Shown: positions 14,960 through 25,811 of the stretch, piece by piece
Numbering within the stretch: the first letter of the stretch is position 1
Layout: each line of letters begins with the position of its first letter
Origin: Cycloclasticus sp.
GTDB lineage: Bacteria > Pseudomonadota > Gammaproteobacteria > Methylococcales > Cycloclasticaceae
Assembly: GCA_002733135.1 (NCBI GenBank)
Contig: NVUJ01000009.1
Span: 7,518 to 71,517 of the forward strand
Reading direction: 5' to 3'
Length of the DNA stretch: 64,000 nt
Notes under the pieces: model-generated
Databases searched by the model: none
Seen by the model: the letters and a program-made list of their open reading frames with translations, nothing else
Told to the model about the DNA's origin: nothing
Program-made: the position numbers and the translations under genes

Positions 14960-15973
14960 ATGTTAATAAATATGAATAATCAAAAAACACTCGTTTTTTC
15001 ACTCATTCTTTGTAGCAACCTCGCCCTAGCTGATCACCCAACAGTGGCTTTTGGACTGGAATCGGCTGGTCCTATTAACACCATGTCGGGCACAACAGCC
15101 CCGGACGGTGTGTTTGCGTTTGGTTTAAGAACAGAGGTTTTAAATAACGAGCAATTTACAACGTCAGAACTTGAAGCCTATGGAGCTGATGGATTAGAAG
15201 GCATTCACAGTGTTGATGAGATTAGGAATACTTCTCTATCTGCAGCCTTTGGTGTAACAAAGGATTTAACGTTGAGTGCCCGCCTGCCATACATTGAGCG
15301 TAAAAATATTCGAGAAAGCGAAGAGCACGAGCCCGGTGAAGGTGAAGCGCATACACACGGTGACTCCTCGGGATTTGGTGACCTTTTATTGATGGGTAGT
15401 TATCGATTCTTTAATTCAAATGATACAGATGCCTCGATTTTAGTTGGCGTCAAAGCGCCTACAGGCGAAACACGTGAAAAAGATAATGACGGTGTTCGTT
15501 TTGAAGCTGAATTTCAACCAGGAACTGGTTCTTGGGATTATTTACTGGGTACCGCCATCAGCCATTCAAATGGCGCTATTGGTTATCACGCTAACATTTT
15601 ATATAACAAAACAAGTGAAGGTGCTCAACATACCGAAGTCGGTGATGCTCTTTCTTATAATGCAGCTGTTACGTATAGACTTAGTAGCCATGACCACGCA
15701 AGCCACGGACATCACCATACAGACACATCAAACGAAATTAAATGGGATATTTCGCTTGAAGCCAATGGTGAAACGCGCCGTGAAAATAGAATTTACGGGC
15801 ATTTAGAAGAAAACTCGGGTGGCACGACTGTTTACCTTTCACCCGGTATCAAAGTGTCAGCGGGCGGCTTTGGCGGCTTTATTTCTATCGGCGTTCCCAT
15901 TATTGAAAATACAAAAGGCATACAAACTGACGTCAATACAAGAATTGTTGCTGGGCTTTCATTCGCCCTCTAA
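14960..15973 (+). CDS. Outer-membrane beta-barrel 'transporter' family protein with His-rich loops
   Basis: Signal peptide; GFGDL, KAPTG, QPGTGS, VYLSPG motifs; HDHASHGHHH loop; start may be 14972. Confidence 0.7.
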   Translation: MLINMNNQKTLVFSLILCSNLALADHPTVAFGLESAGPINTMSGTTAPDGVFAFGLRTEVLNNEQFTTSELEAYGADGLEGIHSVDEIRNTSLSAAFGVTKDLTLSARLPYIERKNIRESEEHEPGEGEAHTHGDSSGFGDLLLMGSYRFFNSNDTDASILVGVKAPTGETREKDNDGVRFEAEFQPGTGSWDYLLGTAISHSNGAIGYHANILYNKTSEGAQHTEVGDALSYNAAVTYRLSSHDHASHGHHHTDTSNEIKWDISLEANGETRRENRIYGHLEENSGGTTVYLSPGIKVSAGGFGGFISIGVPIIENTKGIQTDVNTRIVAGLSFAL

Positions 15974-16081
15974 CAGGTGTAAAGCGTGTGTTTATTTACT
16001 AAACACTATCTTATTGCATAGCTTAAAACATCGGCGTATATATAACGTTGTCTACATCGTCAAAAAACCGAGGATAAAACC

Positions 16082-16408
16082 ATGTCTCAAATGCAATGGA
16101 CAGAGCTACAAAACGCGCCAAGTACTGAATTATTCCCTGGAATACGTATACGAACACTGATGGAAGATGAACTGGGTGTTCGCGCAATGCTCGTAGAAAT
16201 TGATCCCGGCGCCTGTTGGCAAGGTGGTGACGACGTTCATGAATCTAGTTCTGAAGAAGTTTATATAGTTTCTGGTGTTTTTAATGATGGTATTCGTGAT
16301 TACCCTGCTGGCACCTACATTCACATGCCTAAAGGCTCAGCTCACGTACCTCAATCAAAAACTGGTTGTACCGTCTTTGTTTATTACCCAGACGGAAGGC
16401 CGCTTTAG
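16082..16408 (+). CDS. ChrR-like cupin protein
   Basis: H...EEVYIVSG and YPAGTYIHMP.GS.H.P.S..GC cupin motifs. Confidence 0.8.
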   Translation: MSQMQWTELQNAPSTELFPGIRIRTLMEDELGVRAMLVEIDPGACWQGGDDVHESSSEEVYIVSGVFNDGIRDYPAGTYIHMPKGSAHVPQSKTGCTVFVYYPDGRPL

Positions 16409-16499
16409 AATAATAGCTTTTTTAAGGCTATAGCAATTAGATTCACTATGGAGACAAGTTGGCAATGGCCTAGTTAGATATGGCTATGTTGCTTGTGAG

Positions 16500-17270
16500 C
16501 TATAACACGTAGACATCATATCGCGTATTAACACTACCCACTGTATAACTCGGTTTGGTGTTATTGAGTGGCGAGGCTGATTTAGGTCGTTTTACGACTA
16601 CTCTATGCTTCGCTACTTTTAATGCTGTTTCAAATAACTGGGCTTCTTCCCCAGAATGCCCCACTAGAGTTTGCAGAACGTGCATTTCTTTTTTAATTTT
16701 GGCTGATTTTTTTCTCTCTGGATACATAGGGTCTATATAGATAACATCTGGAGCCGAAGAATCAGACTTATTAATATTTTCTAAGAACTCAATTGAGTCA
16801 TGGTTTTTAAGAGTCATACACTGAACAATAGATGCGGCCTCTTTGTCATTTTGTGCGCGGTATTTAGCATCTTCTAAGAGAGCATATAACGCTGGATGTT
16901 GTTCACAAAGGGTCACTTGTGAACCCAAACTGGCCAAAACGAAGCTGTCTTTGCCTAAGCCTGCCGTTGCATCGAAAATCGTCCACCCCGGGTGTTTATC
17001 TACACCACACGCTTTTGGCAAAGGCTGGTTTTTTCCACCACCATATAACCTACGGTGTTTTGCTTTACCCAAAGCGAAGTCGATTGAAATTGATAAAGGA
17101 TCTTTGTTGGAATTAAGAACAAGCGTTAATGCTTTATTTTGATAGGCCAAATAAACAGATGACGTATCTATATTTACAAGATTAAGTTTAGATTGATCAA
17201 TCAAACCAAGAATATTTTGGCATGGTTCGTCTATTGTATTTAAGACAATAGGGAAATGAGTAAAATTCAA
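16500..17270 (-). CDS. rsmJ: 16S rRNA m2G1516 methyltransferase
   Basis: DATAGLGKDSFVLA, YIDPMYP, RVVVKRP, RYDVY. Confidence 0.9.
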   Translation of the reverse strand: MNFTHFPIVLNTIDEPCQNILGLIDQSKLNLVNIDTSSVYLAYQNKALTLVLNSNKDPLSISIDFALGKAKHRRLYGGGKNQPLPKACGVDKHPGWTIFDATAGLGKDSFVLASLGSQVTLCEQHPALYALLEDAKYRAQNDKEAASIVQCMTLKNHDSIEFLENINKSDSSAPDVIYIDPMYPERKKSAKIKKEMHVLQTLVGHSGEEAQLFETALKVAKHRVVVKRPKSASPLNNTKPSYTVGSVNTRYDVYVL

Positions 17271-17334
17271 ACTAAGCCACGGTAACTAATGCAGAGTGTC
17301 TTATTCTAAAGAACTTAACAGAAAAGATAAAAAA

Positions 17335-17598
17335 TTAATGACCTTTTTCTCTATCTGATAATTCCCAAATCCAAAAACCAATCGCAATTATTCCGACCAA
17401 CGCGAAGGGCACTTGAAACAAACGCGCATAGGGGCTTTCTTCAACGAAAATTAGTTCTAGTGACCAGAAAATTAATACAACCATCACAACTTGAGCTGTG
17501 ATTTTTTTCTTAACGACAACTATTAATTTTTCAGCTATTTGGTCCGCGCTTAACACAACAGCCCTCTCCTTAAAGTTATTATTAATAGCATAGACCAT
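17335..17598 (-). CDS. Hypothetical 2-TM membrane protein
   Basis: Two hydrophobic segments; start uncertain. Confidence 0.45.
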   Translation of the reverse strand: MVYAINNNFKERAVVLSADQIAEKLIVVVKKKITAQVVMVVLIFWSLELIFVEESPYARLFQVPFALVGIIAIGFWIWELSDREKGH

Positions 17599-17702
17599 TA
17601 TTTAAGATGACAGTTCGAATAATTACTTACTTAGGTAGGTAGTGCTAAACTTTAATGGATAGATGCTACCTGACTACGGTAGGTAAAAGTTTAAATCGAC
17701 AA

Positions 17703-17779
17703 TGGGGTGGATGAAGGGACTCGAACCCTCGACAACCTGAGTCACAGTCAGGGGCTCTACCAACTGAGCTACACCCACC
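17703..17779 (-). tRNA. tRNA-His(GTG)
   Basis: Cloverleaf, CCTGA-CTGTGAC-TCAGG anticodon arm, G-1, CCA end. Confidence 0.95.
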
Positions 17780-17802
17780 ATAGTCGTTTGTGTCGTACAG
17801 AG

Positions 17803-17879
17803 TGGCGCGCTTGGCAGGACTCGAACCTGCTACCCTCGGCTTAGAAGGCCGATGCTCTATCCAGATGAGCTACAAGCGC
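17803..17879 (-). tRNA. tRNA-Arg(TCT)
   Basis: TCGGC-CTTCTAA-GCCGA anticodon arm, GGTTCGAGTCC, CCA. Confidence 0.95.
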
Positions 17880-17919
17880 TTCATCAAAAAGCACACACGT
17901 ATCAAACATTAATTAAAAG

Positions 17920-17996
17920 TGGTCGGGGTGGAGAGATTCGAACTCCCGACCCACTGCTCCCAAAGCAGTTGCGCTACCAGGCTGCGCTACACCCCG
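17920..17996 (-). tRNA. tRNA-Pro(TGG)
   Basis: ACTGC-TTTGGGA-GCAGT anticodon arm, CCA. Confidence 0.95.
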
Positions 17997-18029
17997 ACTA
18001 TAAGTGACTTTTGCTCCTGCGTCGTTCAC

Positions 18030-18051
18030 TTACCTACATCCATGTAGGTAA
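18030..18051. repeat. Perfect palindrome, REP-like
   Basis: TTACCTACAT-CC-ATGTAGGTAA in the tRNA leader. Confidence 0.55.
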
Positions 18052-18091
18052 AACCAATGCATAAATGATGCAATAACTCTGTAGGTGGGCG

Positions 18092-18120
18092 ATAATACGG
18101 CACAGTGGAATTTTGGTCAA
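18092..18120 (-). promoter_or_regulatory. Sigma70 promoter of tRNA operon
   Basis: TTGACC-N17-TATTAT followed by GC-rich discriminator CGCCCACC. Confidence 0.7.
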
Positions 18121-18164
18121 CGCTTCTTTAAAAAAGAACCTCAAAAAAGTTAAAAAATACCCCT

Positions 18165-19019
18165 ATGACATGTCAAAAAATTGATGGAAAAAAAATAGCT
18201 GAAGAACTGCGCGCTGCCATTAAAAAACGCACAGAAGCTAGAATTGCACGCGGTCAATCTAAACCAGGTTTAGCTGTCATATTAGTGGGCGAAAATCCTG
18301 CGTCTGAGGTATATGTTCGAAACAAATGCAACGCTTGCGATGAAGTTGGTTTTTATTCACTATCGAAGTCATTTCCCTATGGTGTGACTGAAGAAGAACT
18401 ACTCACACTGATAGATGATCTAAATAAGAATTCAGCCATCAACGGCATTCTTGTGCAACTGCCATTACCTGACCATATCGATGAAGAAAAAATCATTGAA
18501 GCCATAGATCCTTTAAAAGATGTGGATGGGTTTCACCCGTACAATATTGGTCGTTTAGCCCTTCGCATGCCCGTTTTAAGGTCATGCACACCCAAAGGCA
18601 TCATGACCTTACTAAAAAGCACTAATATTGCTCTAGAGGGAAAAGAAGCCGTTGTGATAGGCGTATCTAACATCGTAGGTCGGCCTGTCTCTTTAGAATT
18701 ATTAATGGCTAAGTGTACCGTGACAACTTGCCATAGTCGGACTGTTGACGTGGAAGCTCATGTAAAACGTGCAGACATTGTTATCGCTGCTGTTGGTATA
18801 CCTGGTTTTGTTAAAGGCAGCTGGATAAAACCTGGCGCTATTGTGATTGATGTTGGTATCAATCGTTTAGACACCGGAAAATTAGCGGGTGACGTTGATT
18901 ACGAAGCCGCTTCTAAAAATGCTAGTTGGATAACACCCGTACCGGGTGGTGTTGGGCCCATGACCATTGCCTCATTACTTGAGAATACACTTCAAGCGGC
19001 TGAATTACAAAATCATTAA
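18165..19019 (+). CDS. folD: Methylene-THF dehydrogenase/cyclohydrolase
   Basis: [19 protein letters not shown]. Confidence 0.97.
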   Translation: MTCQKIDGKKIAEELRAAIKKRTEARIARGQSKPGLAVILVGENPASEVYVRNKCNACDEVGFYSLSKSFPYGVTEEELLTLIDDLNKNSAINGILVQLPLPDHIDEEKIIEAIDPLKDVDGFHPYNIGRLALRMPVLRSCTPKGIMTLLKSTNIALEGKEAVVIGVSNIVGRPVSLELLMAKCTVTTCHSRTVDVEAHVKRADIVIAAVGIPGFVKGSWIKPGAIVIDVGINRLDTGKLAGDVDYEAASKNASWITPVPGGVGPMTIASLLENTLQAAELQNH

Positions 19020-20485
19020 TTTTTTTGTTTTTTGGTGTCGCCCGAAGTAGCCGTTGCTGTAATGCTTATAGTTGGAAACCTTAAATTTGCTGTGTTAGCT
19101 CTTCGCCAAGTGGTTTCTTGGCCTTTATCTTCAACAATAACGCCCTGTTCTTTTAGCTCATCACGAATTTGATCTGCTAGGCCCCAGTCTTTATTTGCCT
19201 TTGCGTCTAAGCGTTGGGATATTTTGGCCTTTATATCATCATGACTAATCGCTTCGTCTGACCCAGTTGTCGATTGTAGAAACTCATCAGGGTTTTGATA
19301 TAACAAGCCAAGTGGTTCCGCCATCATCAGTAAATCGCTGGCCGTTTTAGCGGCTAATTCCGGGTTTGCAGTCTTTAATTTGTTAATATCATTAGCGCAT
19401 TCAAACATCACTGATATGGCCTTAGCTGAATTGAAGTCATCATTCATAGCCGCTTCAAATTGTTCAACATAGTCAGACTTAACCTCATTCGCAATAGGTG
19501 TTACTCCGCGTAAGGCGGTATACAACCGTTCAAGTGCTGAACGAGATTCGTTTAGTTGCTCATCAGAATAATTCAGTGGACTGCGATAATGGCTAGATAA
19601 CACAAAGAAACGAATTTCTTCACCACGGTATTTTTTTAGAACCTCACGAACCGTAAAAAAGTTGCCTAACGATTTGGACATCTTTTCATCATCAATGCGA
19701 ACAAAACCGTTGTGCATCCACGTGTTCACATAATGCTCACCAGTAGCAGCTTCTGATTGCGCTATTTCATTTTCATGGTGCGGGAATTGTAAGTCCATCC
19801 CACCACCGTGAATGTCAAAGTGATTACCTAAACAACAGGTTGCCATGGCTGAACATTCAATGTGCCAACCCGGCCGGCCATTACCCCAATGTGAGTACCA
19901 AGATGGCTCGCCTGGTTTAGCAGACTTCCATAAGACAAAGTCAAACGGGTTACGCTTATTTTCGTCCACCTCTACACGTTCACCGGCGTTCATATCATCA
20001 AGCTTTCGTCCTGATAATTGGCCGTAGTTATCAAATGACTCAACCGCGTAATACACATCTCCATTTGTACCAACGTACGCATTTTCTTTCGCAATCAGTG
20101 TGTCAATCATATCAACGATACCGTTAATAGTATTAGTCGCCAACGGTTCTTCGTTTGGCTGTTGGACATTTAACGACGCTTCATCTTGATGCATTTCAGC
20201 AATAAAGCGTTTAGTCAGGACGGTGAAGTCTTCACCAGACTCGGCTGCTCGGGCAATAATTTTGTCGTCAATATCCGTAATATTGCGGACGTATTTAACC
20301 TCGTACCCCAAGTATTTAAAGTAACGGGCGACCACGTCAAAAACCACCATCACCCGAGCATGACCAATATGGCAATAATCGTAAACGGTCATACCGCAAA
20401 CGTATAAACCCACTTTCCCTTCTTCGATTGGCACAAACTGTTGCTTTTCTCGATGAAGCGTATTGAAGATTTTAAGTTGACTCAT
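19016..20485 (-). CDS. cysS: Cysteinyl-tRNA synthetase
   Basis: HIGH and KMSKS motifs; [12 protein letters not shown]. Confidence 0.97.
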   Translation of the reverse strand: MSQLKIFNTLHREKQQFVPIEEGKVGLYVCGMTVYDYCHIGHARVMVVFDVVARYFKYLGYEVKYVRNITDIDDKIIARAAESGEDFTVLTKRFIAEMHQDEASLNVQQPNEEPLATNTINGIVDMIDTLIAKENAYVGTNGDVYYAVESFDNYGQLSGRKLDDMNAGERVEVDENKRNPFDFVLWKSAKPGEPSWYSHWGNGRPGWHIECSAMATCCLGNHFDIHGGGMDLQFPHHENEIAQSEAATGEHYVNTWMHNGFVRIDDEKMSKSLGNFFTVREVLKKYRGEEIRFFVLSSHYRSPLNYSDEQLNESRSALERLYTALRGVTPIANEVKSDYVEQFEAAMNDDFNSAKAISVMFECANDINKLKTANPELAAKTASDLLMMAEPLGLLYQNPDEFLQSTTGSDEAISHDDIKAKISQRLDAKANKDWGLADQIRDELKEQGVIVEDKGQETTWRRANTANLRFPTISITATATSGDTKKQKN

Positions 20486-20621
20486 AAGTTAGTACATGGA
20501 TATTAAAATAAGAACGGCATCATAACCGAATAACCAAGGGCAATAAAGCTGAGCCAAACTGCTTTATAATTTATTCTAAAACAGATAATATGCTTGCTCT
20601 TTCAGCATTAGAGATAAATAA

Positions 20622-21215
20622 ATGATTAATAAAACTCTTTTACTACGTACGGCTGCTTTTTTTGCAGTACTTCTTTCATCAACCTTACTTTACGCAACGG
20701 ATACTTCAAACATGACCATTATTAAATTTACTACTAACCAAGGTGAAATCACTTTAGAGCTAGATGCTGAGAAAGCGCCTAAAACAGTCGCTAACTTCGT
20801 CGCTTATATTGAAGACGGTTTCTTTAGCGGCACTATTTTTCATCGCATCATTCCTAACTTTATGGCTCAAGGCGGCGGGTTCACATCTGAATTTCAACAA
20901 AAGCCAACGAAAGATCCCGTCGAAAACGAAGCGGACAATGGCCTAAAGAATGACCGTGGCACGATTGCAATGGCAAGAACAGGCGACCCGCATTCTGCTA
21001 CAGGCCAATTCTTTATCAATCTTAAAGACAATGACTTTTTAAACCACAGCTCTAAAACACAACAAGGTTGGGGTTATGCTGTATTTGGTAAAGTGACTGA
21101 TGGTATGGATACTATCGATAAGATGGCAGCTATCCCTACAGGATCTGGTGGCACGTTCCCTACCGATGTACCGCAAGAAGAAGTGATTATCGAAAAAGCG
21201 GAAGTCGTTAAATAA
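20622..21215 (+). CDS. ppiB: Cyclophilin-type PPIase (signal-peptide-like N-terminus; alternative start 20712)
   Basis: FHRIIPNFMAQGGG, AMART.DPHSATGQFFIN; cysS-ppi-lpxH synteny. Confidence 0.85.
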   Translation: MINKTLLLRTAAFFAVLLSSTLLYATDTSNMTIIKFTTNQGEITLELDAEKAPKTVANFVAYIEDGFFSGTIFHRIIPNFMAQGGGFTSEFQQKPTKDPVENEADNGLKNDRGTIAMARTGDPHSATGQFFINLKDNDFLNHSSKTQQGWGYAVFGKVTDGMDTIDKMAAIPTGSGGTFPTDVPQEEVIIEKAEVVK

Positions 21216-21216
21216 G

Positions 21217-21942
21217 TTGACTCAACACGTCCACTTTATTTCCGACTTACACCTAACGAAAGATAGGCCAGATATAACACAACGTTTTCTGGCCTATCTT
21301 ACTTCGTTGGATACACACGTATCCGACGTGTATATTTTAGGTGATTTGTTTGACGTTTGGGTTGGTGACGATGACGTTACCGAGCCTAATGAGGCCGTCA
21401 AATCAGCCCTTAAAAACACCGTCTCTAAAGGCATCAATGTTTCATTTATTGCAGGCAATCGTGATTTCTTAATCGGTCAACAATTTTTCGCCGACACCGG
21501 CATCTTCTGTTTAGAAGACACCCATATTATTGATTTATTTGGCACCCCTACTCTGCTTATGCACGGTGATTTATTGTGTACAGATGACGTGGAGTACCAA
21601 CAGTTCAGGCAATTAACCCATACAACGGCGTGGCAAGACGACATGTTATCCAAACCGTTAACCGAAAGATTGGCTATTGCTCAACACTACCGTAACGAAA
21701 GCGTCAAAAACAAGGCTGAAAAGTCGATGGATATTATGGATGTTTGTCAAGAAACCGTGGCGTCTAATATGCAACAATATAATGTTACACAACTCATTCA
21801 TGGCCACACGCATAGACCGAATGTACATTCCTTTGACTTGGACGGTAAGCCCGCCACACGAATAGTGCTCGCCGAATGGGATAACGATGGCAGCGTGTTA
21901 GACTGGTGCGAAGAAGGTTACCAAATTACTCGACTACCTTGA
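21217..21942 (+). CDS. lpxH: UDP-2,3-diacylglucosamine hydrolase
   Basis: ISDLHL, GNRDFL, HGD, HGHTHRP. Confidence 0.93.
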   Translation: MTQHVHFISDLHLTKDRPDITQRFLAYLTSLDTHVSDVYILGDLFDVWVGDDDVTEPNEAVKSALKNTVSKGINVSFIAGNRDFLIGQQFFADTGIFCLEDTHIIDLFGTPTLLMHGDLLCTDDVEYQQFRQLTHTTAWQDDMLSKPLTERLAIAQHYRNESVKNKAEKSMDIMDVCQETVASNMQQYNVTQLIHGHTHRPNVHSFDLDGKPATRIVLAEWDNDGSVLDWCEEGYQITRLP

Positions 21943-22740
21943 AGACCGTTTATCTAGGCGTTCTAATTCAGCCAATTCATTTTCTGTAAAACCGGCTCTT
22001 ATTCTTAAAGGGCGATTAAAAGGGCCTAATATTTGGCCTTTTAAATAATGCTCTATATTCTCAAAGAACACATTCTCTCTCTGCAAGCCATTTTCCGCAC
22101 ACACATAATCTAACCACTTGGTTCCGTATTCTACGTGCGTTACTTCATCTTCAAGAATAATCTCTAGAATTGCCGCAGATGCCGTGTCATTTTGTGCAGT
22201 CAACTTTTTTAACATGCCGGGTGTAACATCAAGCCCTCGTGCTTCAAGGTATCGTGGCACAAGAGACAAGCGCGCTAATAAATCATTTTCTGTCTTAACC
22301 GCCATGCTCCACAAACCGTCATGCGAAGGAATATCGCCATACGCGCAATCATAATTTTCTAAGCGACGGCAAAGCATTTCAAAGTGTTTACATTCATCAT
22401 TAGCAACATACAGCCAATCGATATAAAACTGCTCTGGCAACCCTTTGAAGCGATACGCGATGTCAAGGGCTAGCTTGATTGCATTAAACTCAATATGAGC
22501 AATAGCATGGATAAAAGAGCGCTTACCCGCTTCTGAGCCTAAGCGCCTACGGGGCAGATCAAGAGGGTGAACGCATATAGGCTTGGCAGGAAAAGAGACC
22601 TTATCAATTGGCAAAATCGTTCTAAGTTCATTCTTAGCCATAAAGTTTGCGCATTCTACTGAATTAAAAGCCTCACGCGTTTTCTCCAATGTTTCTTCCA
22701 CACATGTAGAAATCAGTGCTTTTTCAATTAACTCAAACAA
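21934..22740 (-). CDS. Ferritin-like DUF455 protein
   Basis: HAIAHIEFNAI, LEARGLDV, DEVTHV. Confidence 0.85.
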   Translation of the reverse strand: MFELIEKALISTCVEETLEKTREAFNSVECANFMAKNELRTILPIDKVSFPAKPICVHPLDLPRRRLGSEAGKRSFIHAIAHIEFNAIKLALDIAYRFKGLPEQFYIDWLYVANDECKHFEMLCRRLENYDCAYGDIPSHDGLWSMAVKTENDLLARLSLVPRYLEARGLDVTPGMLKKLTAQNDTASAAILEIILEDEVTHVEYGTKWLDYVCAENGLQRENVFFENIEHYLKGQILGPFNRPLRIRAGFTENELAELERLDKRSSR

Positions 22741-22832
22741 TTTTGATCCATTTACAAGTTTCTGTAAGTTAGATTTTATCGTATCTGTTGTATACTTTCC
22801 TCCTTGTTAAAAATAATAATGGAACCTAAGTA

Positions 22833-24245
22833 ATGAGCGAATACGATTATGATTTGATAGTAATTGGCACTGGTCCCGGTGGTGAGGGTGCATCAATGAA
22901 GGCCTGCAAAGAAGGCAAAAAAGTCGCCATTATTGAAAAATATCAAGACGTAGGCGGTGGCTGTACCCATTGGGGAACCATTCCTTCTAAGGCATTACGT
23001 CAAGCCGTTCAGCGCGTCATACAGTTCAACCGTAACCGATGGTTTAAAGAAGCCTGTGGCGGCCCTATAAACCTAACCTTTCCGCAATTACTCAGTTCAG
23101 CGACCGAGGTTATCAGCAAACAGGTCAATATGCGCAGCAGCTTTTACGAAAGAAATAATACTGACTTAATTTTTGGTACTGCAACGTTTATTGACGATAA
23201 TACGATGTCTATCAAGCCCCTTTCGGGTAAAAAGATCAAAAAAATTACCGCCGAAAAGTTTGTGCTAGCCCCTGGTTCACATCCCTATCGACCAGCTGAT
23301 GTAGATTTCAACGCGCAGAATATTTTCGACAGCGATACTATCCTCAATTTAGATTTCACACCTCGTTCAATCACTATTTATGGCGCAGGCGTTATTGGCT
23401 CTGAATATGCCTCTATCTTCCAAGGTTTAGGCGTTAAGGTTAACCTGATTAATACCCAGCCTGCCCTTCTAGCCTTTTTAGATGAAGAAATCGTTCACGC
23501 ACTCAGCCATGACATGCGTAAACAAGGTGTGGTTATTCGCTCCAACGAAGAGTATGAATCTATCACATCAGATGAAAAGAGCGTAACAACGAAACTTGTT
23601 TCAGGTAAAAAAATTAAAACTGATATTTTTTTATGGGCGAACGGTCGGACCGGTAATTTTGCAGATTTAGCACTGGATAAAGTGGGCATTAACCCTAATT
23701 CTCGCGGACAAATTAACGTCAATGAAAATTATCAGGTTGAAGGCAAGGAGCATATTTATGCCGTTGGTGATTTTATAGGCTACCCAAGTTTAGCCAGTGC
23801 AGCGTACGATCAAGGCCGTTTTGCCGCTACACACCTAATTGATGGTGCTTGTGATGCAACATTGGTTAAAGACATTCCTACCGGTATTTATACCAACCCA
23901 GAAATCAGCTCTGTGGGTTACACCGAAAAAGAACTCACTGAACAAAAAGTCCCTTATGAGACAGGATATTCGCGCTTTGATTCGCTTGCAAGAGCACAGA
24001 TATCCGGTGAAACACAGGGCTTATTAAAAATAATCTTCCATTCAGAAACCTTACAAATTTTAGGCGTACACTGTTTTGGTGATCAGGCCGCGGAGATTAT
24101 TCATATTGGCCAAGCTATTATGGTTCAACCAGGTGACGCCAACACTATGCTGTACTTCACGAATACAACGTTTAATTACCCAACAATGGCTGAAGCCTAC
24201 CGAGTTGCCGCCTTAAATGGCTTGAATCGTTTAGAAAACCACTGA
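22833..24245 (+). CDS. sthA: Soluble pyridine nucleotide transhydrogenase
   Basis: [16 protein letters not shown]; [20 protein letters not shown]. Confidence 0.95.
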   Translation: MSEYDYDLIVIGTGPGGEGASMKACKEGKKVAIIEKYQDVGGGCTHWGTIPSKALRQAVQRVIQFNRNRWFKEACGGPINLTFPQLLSSATEVISKQVNMRSSFYERNNTDLIFGTATFIDDNTMSIKPLSGKKIKKITAEKFVLAPGSHPYRPADVDFNAQNIFDSDTILNLDFTPRSITIYGAGVIGSEYASIFQGLGVKVNLINTQPALLAFLDEEIVHALSHDMRKQGVVIRSNEEYESITSDEKSVTTKLVSGKKIKTDIFLWANGRTGNFADLALDKVGINPNSRGQINVNENYQVEGKEHIYAVGDFIGYPSLASAAYDQGRFAATHLIDGACDATLVKDIPTGIYTNPEISSVGYTEKELTEQKVPYETGYSRFDSLARAQISGETQGLLKIIFHSETLQILGVHCFGDQAAEIIHIGQAIMVQPGDANTMLYFTNTTFNYPTMAEAYRVAALNGLNRLENH

Positions 24246-24317
24246 TTGTTATATCAGAGTTAAGTTGATGTTCATATTGAGGGCCTATAATTTCTCAATC
24301 ACTAATTGGAGAATAAT

Positions 24318-25007
24318 ATGAAAACATTAATCTTACTTATCAGCTTGAGCTTTTTCTTAACACCCGCTTTTGCACACGAAACGCAATTAGAAGGCATTGT
24401 TAATCTACAGGCTTCAGCAAACATAGAAATTGAAACCGACACCATGCAGGCAACTATTGCGGTCGAAGCCGAAAATTACGATCCTGCCATTCTTGCGAAA
24501 AAAATAAATGAAAAAATGGCTTGGGCATTAAAAATATCAAAACCCTTTAAAGACGTAAACGTTAAGGGCGGGCAATATACGTCCCATCAACTCTATAACA
24601 AGCGCATTTTCAAGGCATGGCGTGGTACACAAAGTATTACCCTAGAAAGTAAAAATACCGAACAATTGGGTCAACTAATTGGCATACTTCAAAAAAAGCT
24701 ATTAGTTAAATCACTTCGTTACCATGTCTCTAAAGAGAAATTGCAAGCCGTTAATAAAGCACTCACAATACGAGCAATAGAAAACTTTAAGGAACAGGCT
24801 AAGTTGATAACCAAAGGATTTGATAAAAACAAATACGTTATCCATCAAATTCACGTAAATACAAATAATCAACATCGCCCCGTGTATTATGCCAAATCAC
24901 GAATTATGGCTGATAGTATGATGGCTAAATCAGCCCCTGCTAATCTGCAGCAAAACACATCAAATATACAAGTTAACATTAATGGTTCAATTAGGTTGAT
25001 TAAGTAA
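24318..25007 (+). CDS. SIMPL (DUF541) periplasmic protein
   Basis: Signal peptide after GGAG SD; SIMPL-like pattern. Confidence 0.7.
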   Translation: MKTLILLISLSFFLTPAFAHETQLEGIVNLQASANIEIETDTMQATIAVEAENYDPAILAKKINEKMAWALKISKPFKDVNVKGGQYTSHQLYNKRIFKAWRGTQSITLESKNTEQLGQLIGILQKKLLVKSLRYHVSKEKLQAVNKALTIRAIENFKEQAKLITKGFDKNKYVIHQIHVNTNNQHRPVYYAKSRIMADSMMAKSAPANLQQNTSNIQVNINGSIRLIK

Positions 25008-25059
25008 TATTAACTTTTATTCCTGCTAACAAAGGCCATTTAAATTAAGTCTAAATGGC

Positions 25060-25635
25060 TTATACATAGCTATCAGCCCTTATTTTGATTAGGGCGTCAA
25101 TATACTCTAACCTTTGAATAACTCTTTGATGCAACGGGTAAATTTTCATTACGCCTTGCAATGCCCATCTAGATTCTTTAAGCCTACCTTGGCTAGCAAG
25201 CATATCGCCCTTTCCAATCATTGCACCAAAATGCCGAGGTTCAAGAGCTAACGTTTTTTCTACACTTTCTAGCGACTCTTTATAGCGCCCCATAAAAAAT
25301 AAAATGGTAGCTTGTAGGTTCCAACCTTCCGAGAATTGAGGCATCTCCTGTGTAATAGTAGTCACAATATCAAGCGCCTTTTCAAACGATCTTTCGCGCA
25401 TCGCTGTATCACTCAAATTCATGCGTTGGTCGATATCTTTATTACCCGAGAAATTCCAGATACGCATAATCTCAACTTCAACAGCCCTTGCTTGTCTGAT
25501 ACTGTTTGTTTGGTGTAATTTATTAAACAATGAGTTTAAAAGTGGGTTATTTTGATCCGCTTGTAAACTGCTCGATACGAATAATAAAAATAAAAATATG
25601 GTGATTGAACCATTAAACCTTGCGGAAACTTTCAT
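25060..25635 (-). CDS. TPR-containing protein
   Basis: P.FSEGWN..AT, LALEPRHFGA TPR motifs; start uncertain. Confidence 0.75.
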   Translation of the reverse strand: MKVSARFNGSITIFLFLLFVSSSLQADQNNPLLNSLFNKLHQTNSIRQARAVEVEIMRIWNFSGNKDIDQRMNLSDTAMRERSFEKALDIVTTITQEMPQFSEGWNLQATILFFMGRYKESLESVEKTLALEPRHFGAMIGKGDMLASQGRLKESRWALQGVMKIYPLHQRVIQRLEYIDALIKIRADSYV

Positions 25636-25763
25636 AATAGTAAGTCCTAATTTTTCTAGTCTTAATTTATAAAGACCCATCAAAAATAAATAATATTACA
25701 CCAACGTTGAATTACTAAAAAATTTAATACCCAAAGAGACGTTCTCAACATTATGATTGGCAC

Positions 25764-25794
25764 AAAAAAGGCGCTGTGATTACAGCGCCTTTTT
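25764..25794 (-). terminator. acnB terminator
   Basis: AAAAAAGGCGCTGT-GATT-ACAGCGCCTTTTT. Confidence 0.8.
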
Positions 25795-25811
25795 ATTGCA
25801 ATACAATTTAG

